NCBI GenBank assembly: GCA_043228905.1
Contig: JBHGNT010000002.1
Location: 15,934,001 to 15,998,000 of the forward strand
Reading direction: 5' to 3'
From: Azolla caroliniana
Lineage: Eukaryota > Plantae > Polypodiophyta
Length of the DNA: 64,000 bases
In this document: positions 52,191 to 64,000 of the stretch, piece by piece
How the letters are laid out: each line of letters starts with the position of its first letter
How positions within the stretch are numbered: position 1 is the stretch's first letter
Notes under the pieces: model-generated
What the model was told of the DNA's origin: nothing
Database searches by the model: none
The model's input: only the letters and a program-made list of their open reading frames with translations
Program-made: the position numbers and the translations under genes

Positions 52191-55088
52191 ATGTTGCATT
52201 CCTTTATTGATAAATACATGAGATGTCAAGAATTAACATTTTTGAACAAACTTTCAAGAATCTATTACGCATGCGCGCATGATTTTTTAAAACATCACTC
52301 AAAAATACAGTTAATACTATCAAGATTTCTAATTTAACCGATATTTTCTCAATTTAAATACAAATTTATCCAAAATTTAGATAAGATTACGGGAATGCAT
52401 CCAACTATAATTGTAATATGCTTTATTGTACACAATGTTAAATTCGAATCCAAGACAACAAATTTAGTAATTCAATGTTGTTGCTATATTTATCTCTAAA
52501 TCTTATAGAGATTGTTATATCGAATTAGTAAATAGGATTTTTGGATATAATTTGAATTTTTTTCAGAAAGGAATATCTCACAATATACCACACATGCCCA
52601 AAAACCACTACGAACATTATATGCCAATCATACATGAACAACATGAATGTATTATCAAGTGAGCAACAACGTTCACTTAATATTATTGTGTTTACTCGAA
52701 ACTAAATAACCAAGATTAAAGACAACATAAATCCTCGAGTAAAGCTAAATTCAATTATATTAATCAAGAAACAATTATAATAACACTTGTCATACAATCG
52801 ATAAGTTCATCATCATCTATTCAATAAAAATTATACTTAACCACATACTTTACGAGTCAACCTTTGCAAACATATGATAGATACATAAAGTTCGAGACAC
52901 CAATCAGATAGTGTAAACAAATGGTACTCAAACGACTTATATTTCAAAACAAGTTTTAAGTTACAAATACAAAGTATTATACAATTCACTCCATTAGGAG
53001 GTCTAGAACAGGATGCTCTCCAAGATCAATTGACAGTTGTGTTGCATCTACATGTTTCGTCTACTCAGCTGAATCTTGTCTTTGATCGAACTCCAATACA
53101 TCTTTGAGGTCGACAAGGTCCCCTACTTCATTGTCAGTTTCATTGATATGCTTTGCCCCAACCTCTTGGTCCTGGTCGGGACAATCCCATATACCTTGGA
53201 TCCTCATCTTAATAAAATTGACTTGGGAGGGGTCCTTCTCCAATGCAACGCAGTTCCTGAACAACTTGAGAGCGCACGCAGTCGTTGTTCCTAAATAAAC
53301 AATCATACATGCAAAAGTAAGAAAACAAAGACAGGAAATTCTATTTTATTTTAAGAAAAATTCCTCACACTTATGAGAATACATTTTCCAGAGAATAAGT
53401 CAAGCACCCAATCATCAAGGTTCGAGAACAACTCGACCAATCGATTAAATAATCGATGGGGCTTTTGATACGGGTTTACTAGACACTTGTCGCCAGACAA
53501 ATGACGCAATTTCTTCGTTACAGCTAGGCACATGATATTGTTGATGATGTTCCGCTCATTCACATGTGCCCGAGCCTTCTTCTTAGAAATAGCGGCATAG
53601 TACCCCACGCTCAAATGCTCCATAGCACCGACCATTTGATCGCCCGGGGTACGAGTTATGTTCGTTTTAACCCTAATTGTAATGGAATCGAAACAAGTCA
53701 ATATATATGTCGTAAGTACAATAGAAGCCATACATTAAATATATAGCAACTTAAAGTTTACCAATGCATGTGTTCGGTGGCATGACATCTCAACTTCAAT
53801 GCAGTAGTGACCGATAAAGCTTGACCCATACTATGAAATATTACGATGCGCCATAATGGAGCCAAGGTCAGCTCTGGAAAGTCTTTTACCATCTTCTCTA
53901 TTTGCGGATATTTGTTATATGTGGAGCCTATTATTCGAAATCCATACGGTATATCCGTGATGAGCAATGTGTAATGTCTCTTGGGTAATATGTCAAGCAT
54001 ATTACCCACATCACCATTATATACACTATAGTACAATTGTCGGAAAGGATCACACTTGTGCAAAAAGCTTTTCACAGTATTGGAGTCTTTAGGCACCTCC
54101 AACTCCTTTCCTTTTGTCATTCACTTTTCATATTTCGCCCGTTCCAAATTGGTGATGATGGCGCTTGGTATGCCTTCATTGCTGTCACCCATTTTCTTTG
54201 AGCGAGGTGGTTTCTGCAATTATACGTATGGTAAGAAGATACCCATTATCCTAAAATCAATTAATATTCGTAAAACATACATACCCATTCTCTAAACACA
54301 ATGAAGAATTCTTCAAGATCCTTGTATGATGATGTTTTTGGGCACGATTGCTCCACTTCTTCCCACATAGGCAGGGACAACTTATTCATTATCAACTCTT
54401 GTCTTTTCATATAAACCTTATGGCTAAAAAAGAAAAGAAACCAAGGTTAGAATAAAGAGCAAATCAACAAAGCAATCCAATGAACAACAATCATCACATA
54501 GATTACCCACTTTTGAAACTCTATCAACATTTCATCTAGGCTGAACTCCTTGGGGGCCACACTTGACAATATAGATATTAACAATCTGTCATCCTTTATC
54601 CCTTGCAATGAACACCAAGGAAGTCGCTTCATGTCCTCGACTAATTCTTCAATCAGTAAGTCACTTTTCCGTGACTTAGACTTTATCTCCACTTGTGGGT
54701 CCAACTTAGCCTTCTTTGATCTTTGACCCTTTATCTCTTTTCACTCCCACATACTAAAAATTCAATCTTGGAGGTCCCACACCTCCCCTATTCTGAAGCA
54801 AGTTGAAACCAGGAGTCATACTTCCTCAAACCTCAGACTTTGTGTTTTCATCAACTACTATCCCCACTTCAAGTAGACAATGTCGTCGCAATCTAGGATG
54901 TAGCCTAGGACCAAATTTTTGCAAGGCATCAAGGTACTCGTGATGAAAGAACCTGATGCGCTCTTTACATGACATCTTCTATCTATAGTCATTATCATTA
55001 TTGTGGTCCTACGCTAACAACTTGGCTTCTTCATGTGTAAGACCAACATACACTTTACATTATGCATATTTGAAGAACGGGGTAAGAG

Positions 55089-58000
55089 TGTCGAATACAA
55101 GTGTATAATGGACGTATTCACACTATCCCTTTGTATAGCTCAAGTTTGGGCCATTTGTGTAATTAGCATAAATGGTAGTTGCCCTAAGTCGGTCACTATA
55201 TAAAGTGACCTAGTAACCTTTTTGTAAGGTTGGTTGTATTATTGTTTTCTATTGAATAGAAAGAGTTCTTTTGTGCCTCCTCTCTCTCTCTCTCTCTCTC
55301 TGTGCACGATCTTGGAAACTGTCATACGCAGGTACTCAACCCCAATCGAATGCTACTTGATCTTCCGCGACACGGCCTTGTCTCCAACATTTGGTATCAG
55401 AGCAAGGTTCCTCAACCCGCTGTCGGCCGTCGTCTCAGCCTGCACAGCATTCGGTTCTTCGCTTCATCACAGCCTGCACAGTATTCGGCCTTTCGCTTCA
55501 TCCTAGTCTGCAAAACATACGGCTTCTTGCGTCATTCGAAGAAACAGAGAAGAAGAAGAAAAACGAGGCTTGCATCTCATCGCGTTAGATCATCTTCGCT
55601 TGGAGTAAGCCAGCCGGTTGTACTCTGTTCCTTGTGATCGTAACCGCTCGAGGTGAAATCCCCTTGTGCAACATTGACACGATCGTGCTCCACTCGGTTA
55701 AACGGCATCCGAAGAGGTCATCAAACGCTGCTCGCCGCTCATTGTAACCACTCGGTGCAGATCGGTCTCAAGACAACAACCCCAATTCGTGCTTCATCCG
55801 GCTGATCGACATTCGGGAGGATCAGTTGGATCCGTCTCTCTCGTCGCTGCAGTCACCCGAAGCAGAATTGGTCCAGACAATCGGTTTCAATAATCGGTAT
55901 TTGGCATATATATTCGGAAGCGAACCGGGCTCACTCCGACTCGGCAACATTCGGGAAGACCAGTCGGTTCTGTCCCTCAAGTTACCGGAGTCAATTCGAG
56001 CAAGTTCAACAATACATATATTCGAAGCCGAACCGACTCGGGTTCAAATCCGACTAGAACGATATCAGGTGAGCCAACCGGCTGCACTCCAACAAGGTTC
56101 GTAGTCAACTCCGAACCGAGCTTCGTCAACCGAAACCAAATTTGATGGCATCAACATCCGGCTCGTCAGAAATGAGTCTACGAAAGTTCGATGGATCGAA
56201 CTTCAACTTCTGGAAGGAGCAAATGCAGGACTATCTCATAGTCAAGGGGCAAATCGATCCCATAAAAAATGATGAACCTCCAGAAGGATACAAACCAATT
56301 GAGTGGCAGAAGCTGGACAAAATCGTCCGCGCCACGATTCGGATGCACCTATCGGAATCGGTATACTTTACGGTGCAATCGTGTACGACAACATTCGAAC
56401 TGTGGAAAACACTGTCGGACACCTACGAAAAGAAGGTCGCTGCAACGAAGATGTTTCTGATCCGGCGTGTCTACAACTTGCGGATGAAAGAATCAGACTC
56501 GGTTCAAGCACATCTCAATGAGTACGAAAGCATAAGCTCCCAAATCTCATCTCAGGGGATGGCAATCGAGGATGAACTCAGAGCAATGATACTCATGAGC
56601 AGCCTTCCCTCATCATGGGAAACTTTCGTCACAACCGTGTGCAACGCGTCAACCACGGCTGTTAAATACTCCGAAGTCACGAGCGCAATCCTGACCGAAG
56701 CAGCTCGGAGAAAGTCTTTCGCCAAAGACTCAACAGACGACGCTTATGTAGTACAAGGTTCGACAGACCGATCGAACATACGAGGAAGAGACTCCTCACG
56801 GCAGCCGAACAATCAGCGAAGATGGAGCTAGTCACGGGATAATCGAATCTGCAACTATTGCAAGAAACCCGGACACATCAAAGCCGACTGCCGCGCACTC
56901 AAGAACAAGAACGACAAGTCTCAGAAATCAGACAAGAAGAGTGGCCGGCATGAGGAGATCAATTACGTCAGCTTCTCAGTTGATGTGCTACCAAACGACC
57001 CGAATATACTATCAATCGAAAATCCAGTCGGATCAGAAGTTCTGCTCACGACTGAAGAATCGAGCACATGGCTCTTAGATTCGGGCGCGTCATTTCACGT
57101 GACGCCTCATCGATCCCAATTTCGGCAATATACGATCCGTCACTCCGACTCAGTTCGAGTCGGCAACTCGCAACACTGTGACATCATTGGAATCGGCACA
57201 GTAGAGCTCAACCTTGCAGGTGGCTCTACACTTGTACTTCACAATGTCCGACATGTACCCGAGCTCTCAAGGCCATTGATCTCAGTCGGACAACTAGATG
57301 AAGACGGCATTCGTGCCGGTTTTTCTTCGGGAGGGTGGACACTCCACAGGGGGAACCTCCTGCTTGCTAGAGGACCCAAGATACACTCACTGTATCCGTT
57401 ACATGTTACGCTCAGAGAGGGTAACCTGTTTTTGGTGGATATTCCTGTGTCATCACTATGGCACAGAAGATTAGGACACCTCAGCAAGGCCGGCATTACA
57501 CACCTATCTAGAGCCGGATACATCCCTAAACTCTCCTTCTCGGACCATCAATTCTGCGAACATTGCCAGTATGGCAAACAGGCAGCCGCATCACACCCGA
57601 CATCAGCACCAAGAGAAACGAGACCTCTCGATTTAGTCCACTCGGACGTCTGTGGCCCAATGCCGCATCAGTCTCTCGGCGGTGCCTCTTACTTTGTCAG
57701 TTTTATTGACGATTCGACTCGAAAGGTGTGGGCTTATCCAATTCGCACCAAAGATCGTGTCTTCTCGATCTTCTCCGATTGGCTCGCTATGGTAGAAAAT
57801 CAAACTGACCGAAAACTGAAATGCTTTCGGACCGACAATGGGGGAGAGTTCAAATCAGAAGAATTCGTCAAATTCTGCCGACAACGCGGCATCCGACGTG
57901 AATTTACGGCACCACACAGTCCGGAGCAAAACGGGATTGCAGAACGCATGAATCGGACAATCCAAGAACGGATAGTTTCCATGCTCCAACACTCCGGACT

Positions 58001-60667
58001 GCCGGATGGCTTCTGGGCAGAGGCTCTACTCACGGCAGTACACATAATCAATATGTCGCCAAGCAGACCTCTAGGACTTCAAATTCCTCAGGAACTATGG
58101 ATCGGCAGTAAGCCGAATTATGACAAGCTGAGGATTTTCGGATGCGAGGCGTACGCCCTTATTCCGAAAGATGATCGCCGAAAACTTGCACCTCGGTCCA
58201 GGAAATGCATTTTCCTTGGATATGGATCAGACGGCGAAATGGGATACCGACTCTGGGACCCCGAACGCAGACAAATCGTTCGAAGTTCGGACGTTGTGTT
58301 CAACGAGTCGGCTATGAATCCATCAGTCGAAACACCGATCGAAGTCCGAAGGGTAACATTTTCCGATGTGCCGACCCTTCAAGAAGGCCCCGCTCTTAAC
58401 ACACGGTCAGCTTCACGGGTAGCTGAACCTTCCACTACCGACTCGGACAACTCTGACTCGGCACAACAGAATAATTCGCTTTCGGACCATCCGACCTCGA
58501 TACCCGATACGACCAGTCCAATCATACCTCGACGATCCGAGAGACTGTCGCAACCTCCGGAGAGGTATTCTCCTGGAATTTTCTTCACCGACGCCGGCGA
58601 ACCGACGTCTTACGAAGAAGCATCGACATCTGTCGATTCAGCCACCTGGCATCTGGCGATGGAGTCGGAAATGCACTCTATTCTGGCAAACAAGACTTGG
58701 GATCTGGTCGAATTACCTAAGAATCGACGTGCTCTTCCTTGCAAGTGGGTTTATCGACTAAAAGAGACGTCTGATTCGACCACCCCAAAGTACAAGGCCA
58801 GATTAGTTGCGAAGGGCTTCCGACAAGAATATGGCGTCGACTTCGACGAGATTTTTTCACCAGTGGTGAAGATGACAACCCTTCGTTTTCTACTCGGCGT
58901 AGTGGCAGCCGACAACTTGGAGCTGATTCAGCTAGATGTCAAAACAGCCTTCCTCCATGGTGATCTTGAAGAGGAAATTTATATGGAGCAGCCAAAAGGC
59001 TTCGTGGCAACTGGCCAAGAACATCTAGTCTGCCGACTCAGGAAGAGTCTATACGGCCTCAAACAGGCACCGCGACAATGGTACAAGAAGTTCGACGACT
59101 TCATCCAATCGATCGGCTTCTCAAAAAGCGATGAGGACCATTGTCTTTTTACCAACACAGCTCAAGATGGATCACCCATCTTCCTCATCATTTACGTGGA
59201 CGACATGCTAATTTCTGGACGCCACGCGGGCGAACTTGCCGATCTCATTCGGCAATTGCGGTTGAAGTTTGCCATGAAGGACCTCGGTCCGGCACGACAC
59301 ATACTTGGCATGAAGATTAGTCGGCATCGCGATAAACGACATCTTTTTTTGTCTCAGACCGACTATATCGGACGTGTCTTGGAACGCTTCAACATGCAAT
59401 CAGCCAAATCTGCTTCAACCCCGCTCCCCATGAATCTTCGGCTCTCTCACCGAGACTGCCCGACATCCGGTCCGGAGGGGGAAGATATGAAGTCGGTACC
59501 GTATGCACCGGCAGTCGGCTCCCTTATGTACCTGATGGTCGCGACACGGCCTGATATCTCTCATGCCGTAGGAGTCGTTAGCAGATTTATGCACAATCCT
59601 GGCCGATCGCATTGGAACGCAGTCAAGCATGTGTTCAAATATCTGGTTGGCACAAAAGACCACGACATTCTTTTCGGTCCGAACTCAACCTCAGGCGTAG
59701 TCGGTTACACCGACTCGGACTTCGCTGGCTGTATAGACAGTCGGAAATCAACAACTGGATACTGCTTCAAATTCGGCAATGGAGCAATTTCGTGGAAGTC
59801 GAAACTTCAGGAGTGCACAGCGACCTCAACGACCGAAGCAGAATATGTAGCTGCGTCCGACGCTGCAAAAGAAGCTTTGTGGCTCGGCCGGCTGGCGCAC
59901 ACGTTTCGACAAGTCGACCATGACTCGGCCCCAGTTGTCTATAGCGACAGTCAAGGTGCTGTTGCCTTGTCGAAAAATCCGGTTCACCACAACGCCTCCA
60001 AACATATCGACGTTCGATATCACTTCGTTCGGGACTGCGTCATTTCAGGGAAAATCGGTCTAGAGAAAATATCCACAACCGACAATGTCGCAGATGGAAT
60101 GACCAAGTGTCTTTCGGCAGACCGCTTTCGGTCCCTTCGGCATCAGATGGGCGTAACGACAAACCAGCCCGGTTAGAGCCGGACATAGCACAGGATGGTT
60201 TCGGACAACTGACATCAGTTCCTTAATGATCGGCTTCAACTCTTCCGACCCGACCAGTTCGGTCTTCTGCCTTCGGACCCTGCCGACTCGAACAAAAACT
60301 GATATGTCCGAGAACCTAGGTTTATACCTGTAATCTTAGATAACCCATGCATACGCCCATTACGGGGGAGTGTCGAATACAAGTGTATAATGGACGTATT
60401 CACACTATCCCTTTGTATAGCTCAAGTTTGGGCCATTTGTGTAATTAGCATAAATGGTAGTTGCCCTAAGTCGGTCACTATATAAAGTGACCTAGTAACC
60501 TTTTTGTAAGGTTGGTTGTATTATTGTTTTCTATTGAATAGAAAGAGTTCTTTTGTGCCTCCTCTCTCTCTCTCTCTCTGTGCACGATCTTGGAAACTGT
60601 CATACGCAGGTACTCAACCCCAATCGAATGCTACTTGATCTTCCGCGACACGGCCTTGTCTCCAACA
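55089..60667 (+). mobile_element. Young full-length Copia family D element, TSD AAGAG
   Basis: LTRs 55089-55389 and 60371-60667 are identical except for (CT)n length; PBS 55392-55403; PPT 60364-60370; AAGAG at 55084-55088 and 60668-60672. Confidence 0.97.
56145..60176 (+). CDS. Copia gag-pol polyprotein, one in-frame TAG at 56829-56831
   Basis: The gag ORF and the 1063-aa pol ORF share a frame; CNYCKKPGHIKADC, WLLDSGAS, DNGGEF, YVDDMLI, ADGMTK. Confidence 0.93.
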
Positions 60668-61868
60668 AAGAGGATACTCCTTCACAAGTTGATGTTGTGC
60701 TTCGGCAGAGTGTGATCCTCCAATCATGTATTATGTGTAGTCATCAACCGAACTGTACTTGAGGTCAGCTACAGTTGGGCACTGATCTAGGTCTACCATT
60801 ACTAAGAATGGCACTACAGTAGCACGTGGATTTATCTTCATTTTGCTTTTCAAGTTCTACACATGCACTGAATGTGGCTCTCTTATCTCTAGAGCCCGTC
60901 TTCCTGTTTCTGGATCAATTGGTGGCCTTTGAATAGAACAAATCGGTAAGTGAAATAGTTGTCCCTTACGGACAAGCTTAGTCTTTACAATATTCTCTCT
61001 GATTTGATTTTGCTCTAAAGTGAGGATCCCCGAGCATATCTGACCACCTGGAGGAATTACTTCGAGTTGTGTATCTTCCTCCTCATCCTCAACGAACTCG
61101 AGTACTTCAGGCTCGTCGTCCTCAGGATGCTGTCGTTTCTTGTATTTCTTGTGTTCTGCTTTTCCTTTTTTGGCTGGCTTTGGTGGGGTGCATGCTTGTG
61201 CGACCATGAGTTCTCCTTTGATATACGAATGCAAAGCAACAGTCAAATTGTTTTTTGTTTCTACATCTTTCTTTAAGGCTTTGGGGTGGCATGAGTCCAT
61301 AATAAAATTGCCTTCATCAACCAGAACTCTACGCATCCCCATTGAGCTATCAACATCGAAAAGCAGGTTCGATGAGTCATTGTCCTCATATTCAACGTTC
61401 TTTATTTGCCCGTAGTTGAAGGTCTTTCCCACTTGAAGCTTTCCTTCACCTTTGGATTTTGCAAGTATGAGGAGCAAATCCCCTTCTTCCTCGGAATAGA
61501 TTAACGTCCATTCCACATGGGAGTAGCTCTTGAGGCGAGGCTCCCTAGTCTTAGAGGTCCCATCACCTCCCGACTCAATCAATGTTTTCCGAGATTAGTC
61601 TGTAGGTTTTTTCATTGGCGATGGAATCTTCAATGTGAAAGATGGTACTTTTTTACGCGGTTCATTGAAAACAACAAGTAAAAACCTAATGATACAAAAA
61701 TATTCTTAAAAATAAACATTGTAAACCTTATAACAAAGGAAAAGGTCATGAAAATTAGTAGGAAAACACTTGAATTTAAATGTAACCTTGTATCAAAAAC
61801 ACTTAAAAAAAGCTAATAAAATAGCAATAAAGTTACTATTTCTAGTATATCAATCATAAAATATTCCT

Positions 61869-61965
61869 CTTTCAATGTGAACTCGATGCACTGCATCGAG
61901 TTCCCGTTGAAAGAGGGTAGCCTTCAACGGGAACTCGATGCAGTGCATCGAGTTCACATTGAAAG
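61869..61965. repeat. Perfect 43-bp inverted repeat whose arms are themselves palindromes
   Basis: 61869-61911 is the exact reverse complement of 61923-61965 (11-nt spacer); each arm contains GAACTCGATGCA-s-TGCATCGAGTTC. Confidence 0.95.
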
Positions 61966-62359
61966 CCAACGGGAACAATAGTTCAAATAAGATACTTGGC
62001 AATTTTCTATCCCTTGTTCATCTTGCTGATGTCGACTTGAGTTGACCCGGGAGGCGAAAACGGAAGGTTTGGGATGCTCTGTGCTCCTGTGTTCTTTTGC
62101 TTCTTGAATGCAATAATGACAATGAGAAGAGGCCTTTCCTTTATATAAATTTTATTATAATTTAATATATATATAACTTCAATTTATTATAGAAGAAGAT
62201 TTTCAACTATTTTCGATCTAGTTGAGCTTAGTTAGCCTTAGTCGAGATGTCCTCAACCTCGAGTAGAAATTCTCTTTTTTCCATTGAGCCTTTTAAACTA
62301 TCTGATAACTAGTTATTCTCTATCGAGGAATATAACCATATAAATAATAAACGGTGCCA

Positions 62360-63155
62360 TGTAGAGTCCAACGATGATGTTGGGCAAAGTTCGAATTCAC
62401 TTTTTTCGATCGAGCCTTTTAACTTAGGTAGATTGCGAAATAATAAAGTAGTTACAAATCATGAGGATTCTAGTTTATGTAATGTTGACGATGATTGTGT
62501 CAATAAGCCCCTGAATTTTCAAAGAGTTCCTCGACAAGTGAGTGTTAAAAGATATAATTTTTTGTGTTTAGATCGCCAAATTGCATTTGAGATATGCAAG
62601 CCATGTTGTGGGAATCTTTGTCTTTCAAAATTTGGAAAGGTAAACTTGAGGGGTTTGCGGCAGAAGTATTTGTCACTTAATGGCAACGAACAAGATACTT
62701 TCTTGATTTCACATGTGCACCTTGTTAAGGAACACACGACAATTTCAAGTTATCTACATGTGGAATATTACGTTTCACTTAGTATGAAGAATTGTCAAGT
62801 ACCTTTTAAGATTGCTTATAACATTGATAACATGAGGCTCTAGAGAATTCAACATCAATTAGATAAGGGCTCGTGGCTACATTTCAACAATATAGAATAT
62901 GCATGTAAGGGTTTGATTGGGTGGCATGCCATGAGATGGATGGAGATATATTTCTCGAAGCAATGTGATGTTATGCCCACCACTGGAAGATTACATTTGT
63001 CAGATAACTTCATTCATCGTGAGGTGTACCAAGCGTATAAGGATCACATGTTATTAGAAAGTGTACCTTATATACAATATCAACATTTTAATCCATTATG
63101 GAGATTTAAGTTTAACAATGTGGTCATACCCCGTGAGGTTCAAGTGGGTGTTTTT
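62360..63155 (+). pseudogene. N-terminal part of a Sola/DUF7869-like DNA transposase, interrupted by an LTR at 63156
   Basis: CCGNLCL...LRQKY..EQDTFL...CQVPFKIAYNI, WMEIYF..CDVMPTTGRLHL...EVYQAY...F..LW...F.NVVIPR..G.C. This resembles the Cys-rich N-terminus of Sola-type transposases; the catalytic DDE/D part is not in the window. Confidence 0.6.
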
Positions 63156-63765
63156 TGTTGAGAAATCGTTTGGTCAAATCACAATAAATGAACTGTGCTG
63201 AAATACGAATCACAGATATGCCAGAAAGAAAAGGACAAACAATGGTGCACAGAGATTTAACGTAGAAACCCTAAAAAACGGGAGAAAACCACGAGAACAG
63301 AGCTTCACTATGTATAGTGGATATACAACACAGAATGTTACAACACTCCTTCAAGTGTATCAGCCACACAGGGCTCTTGACGTTTGCTGTTACGCACACA
63401 GCTATGGCGCCGCTCACACTCACACTCTCTGCCTTACACGCTCTCATGCTACTTCAATTCTACAATCTCATATTCACGTTTTTGCCCTAAGTGTATTTAT
63501 ACTTATACATTGTATGGGCTATTTACAAATGTAGCCTCTGCTATGTCTCATTATTATTATTGTTGTAATAATAATAGTCGAACTATCAAACAGTCGACTC
63601 ACTGTTTTCGACTCTTCGACTGTCGGCTTTCTGAATGGTCAGATCTTCCCTATCTTCGACTATCAACACTCCTTGGTCCGATCAGTCGGCTCCTCATAGT
63701 TATCGACTATCAGCAACTTCTGGACAGTCGGTTCCTCCTCCCACTGGAGGGACATATTCCCAACA
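63156..63765 (-). repeat. Copia family A 3' LTR with PPT (63766-63779)
   Basis: TGTTGAGAAATCG...CCCAACA on the plus strand, homologous to 1295-1651 and 6345-6481; followed by AACTCCTCCTTCAC. Confidence 0.85.
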
Positions 63766-63780
63766 AACTCCTCCTTCACT

Positions 63781-64000
63781 TGTTATATGTTTTTTTTAGG
63801 GTTAGGGTTAGGGACGATGATAATCATGATAAAGATAGACATGGTGGTTATGATGATGATGGAGAGTATGGGATTGATGGCGAGAGAGATCATGTGCATT
63901 GAGAAGCATTGCGGGGTGGGGGGTGGTGCCTAGAATGGCTCCACCCCCCTCCCACGGGGATTCAACGTTGAGGGGGAGAGAGAGAGAAAGAGAGATGACA
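63781..64000 (-). repeat. Family C LTR (runs off window)
   Basis: Reverse complement of the 3' half of 35432-35923 (GGTGCCTAGAATGGCTCCACCCCC). Confidence 0.8.

Larger units (their letters stand above)
52990..61660 (-). pseudogene. Intron-containing ParB-like domain + beta-class N6-adenine/N4-cytosine DNA methyltransferase gene, decayed and interrupted by Copia D
   Basis: IREP..HV.NLK..M..NP..VVPFLV...YMIGGSHS (~60890-60705). The frame continues across the Copia TSD (KEYPL|TPFFKY..CKVYVGLT). MTase motifs: YNGDV, LLITDIPYG (53944-53955), W|VKTN..E, NPYQKP (53459-53476), VLDLFSG|GTT, RNCVALEKD. GT-AG introns at ~54509-54424, ~54283-54215, ~53761-53673 and ~53382-53291. Confidence 0.82.

Noticed and set aside
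52990-54300. Bacterial contamination as the source of the MTase
   Set aside because: The gene has GT-AG introns and is interrupted and flanked by plant LTR elements with TSDs.
56829-56831. Programmed stop-codon readthrough between gag and pol
   Set aside because: The sibling element has AAG here and the stop precedes the gag zinc knuckle; more likely a point mutation.
63795-63815. Telomere repeat (TTAGGG)
   Set aside because: Only about 3 units, inside a family C LTR (also near 35900); telo-box-like, not a chromosome end.

Overview
Repeat-rich land-plant nuclear DNA; a fern or other non-seed plant is a guess, not a result. There are three intact host genes: a two-exon putative plastid membrane protein (14706-17611, +), condensin subunit CAP-G (19579-26131, -, about 14 exons) and an intronless P-class PPR gene (44951-46702, +). 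They sit among deeply nested Ty1/Copia and Ty3/Gypsy LTR elements; several nesting orders can be read from target-site duplications (TSDs). The best candidate for an undescribed system is at the right end. A decayed, intron-containing gene encodes a ParB-like domain fused to a beta-class (N6-adenine/N4-cytosine) DNA methyltransferase (about 52990-61660, -, split by a young Copia). It is divergent from a Sola/DUF7869-like DNA transposase (about 62360-63155, +), with a perfect nested palindrome (61869-61965) between them. Together these suggest a DNA transposon carrying its own bacterial/phage-type methyltransferase. Other oddities are a Copia whose interior is inverted relative to its TSD-bounded ends, giving a long LTR hairpin (1295-6481); a solo LTR flanked by a 178-bp duplication (30872-32528); and a four-hairpin motif conserved around the TATA box of one LTR family. 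All family assignments come from motif recognition by eye; no searches were run.
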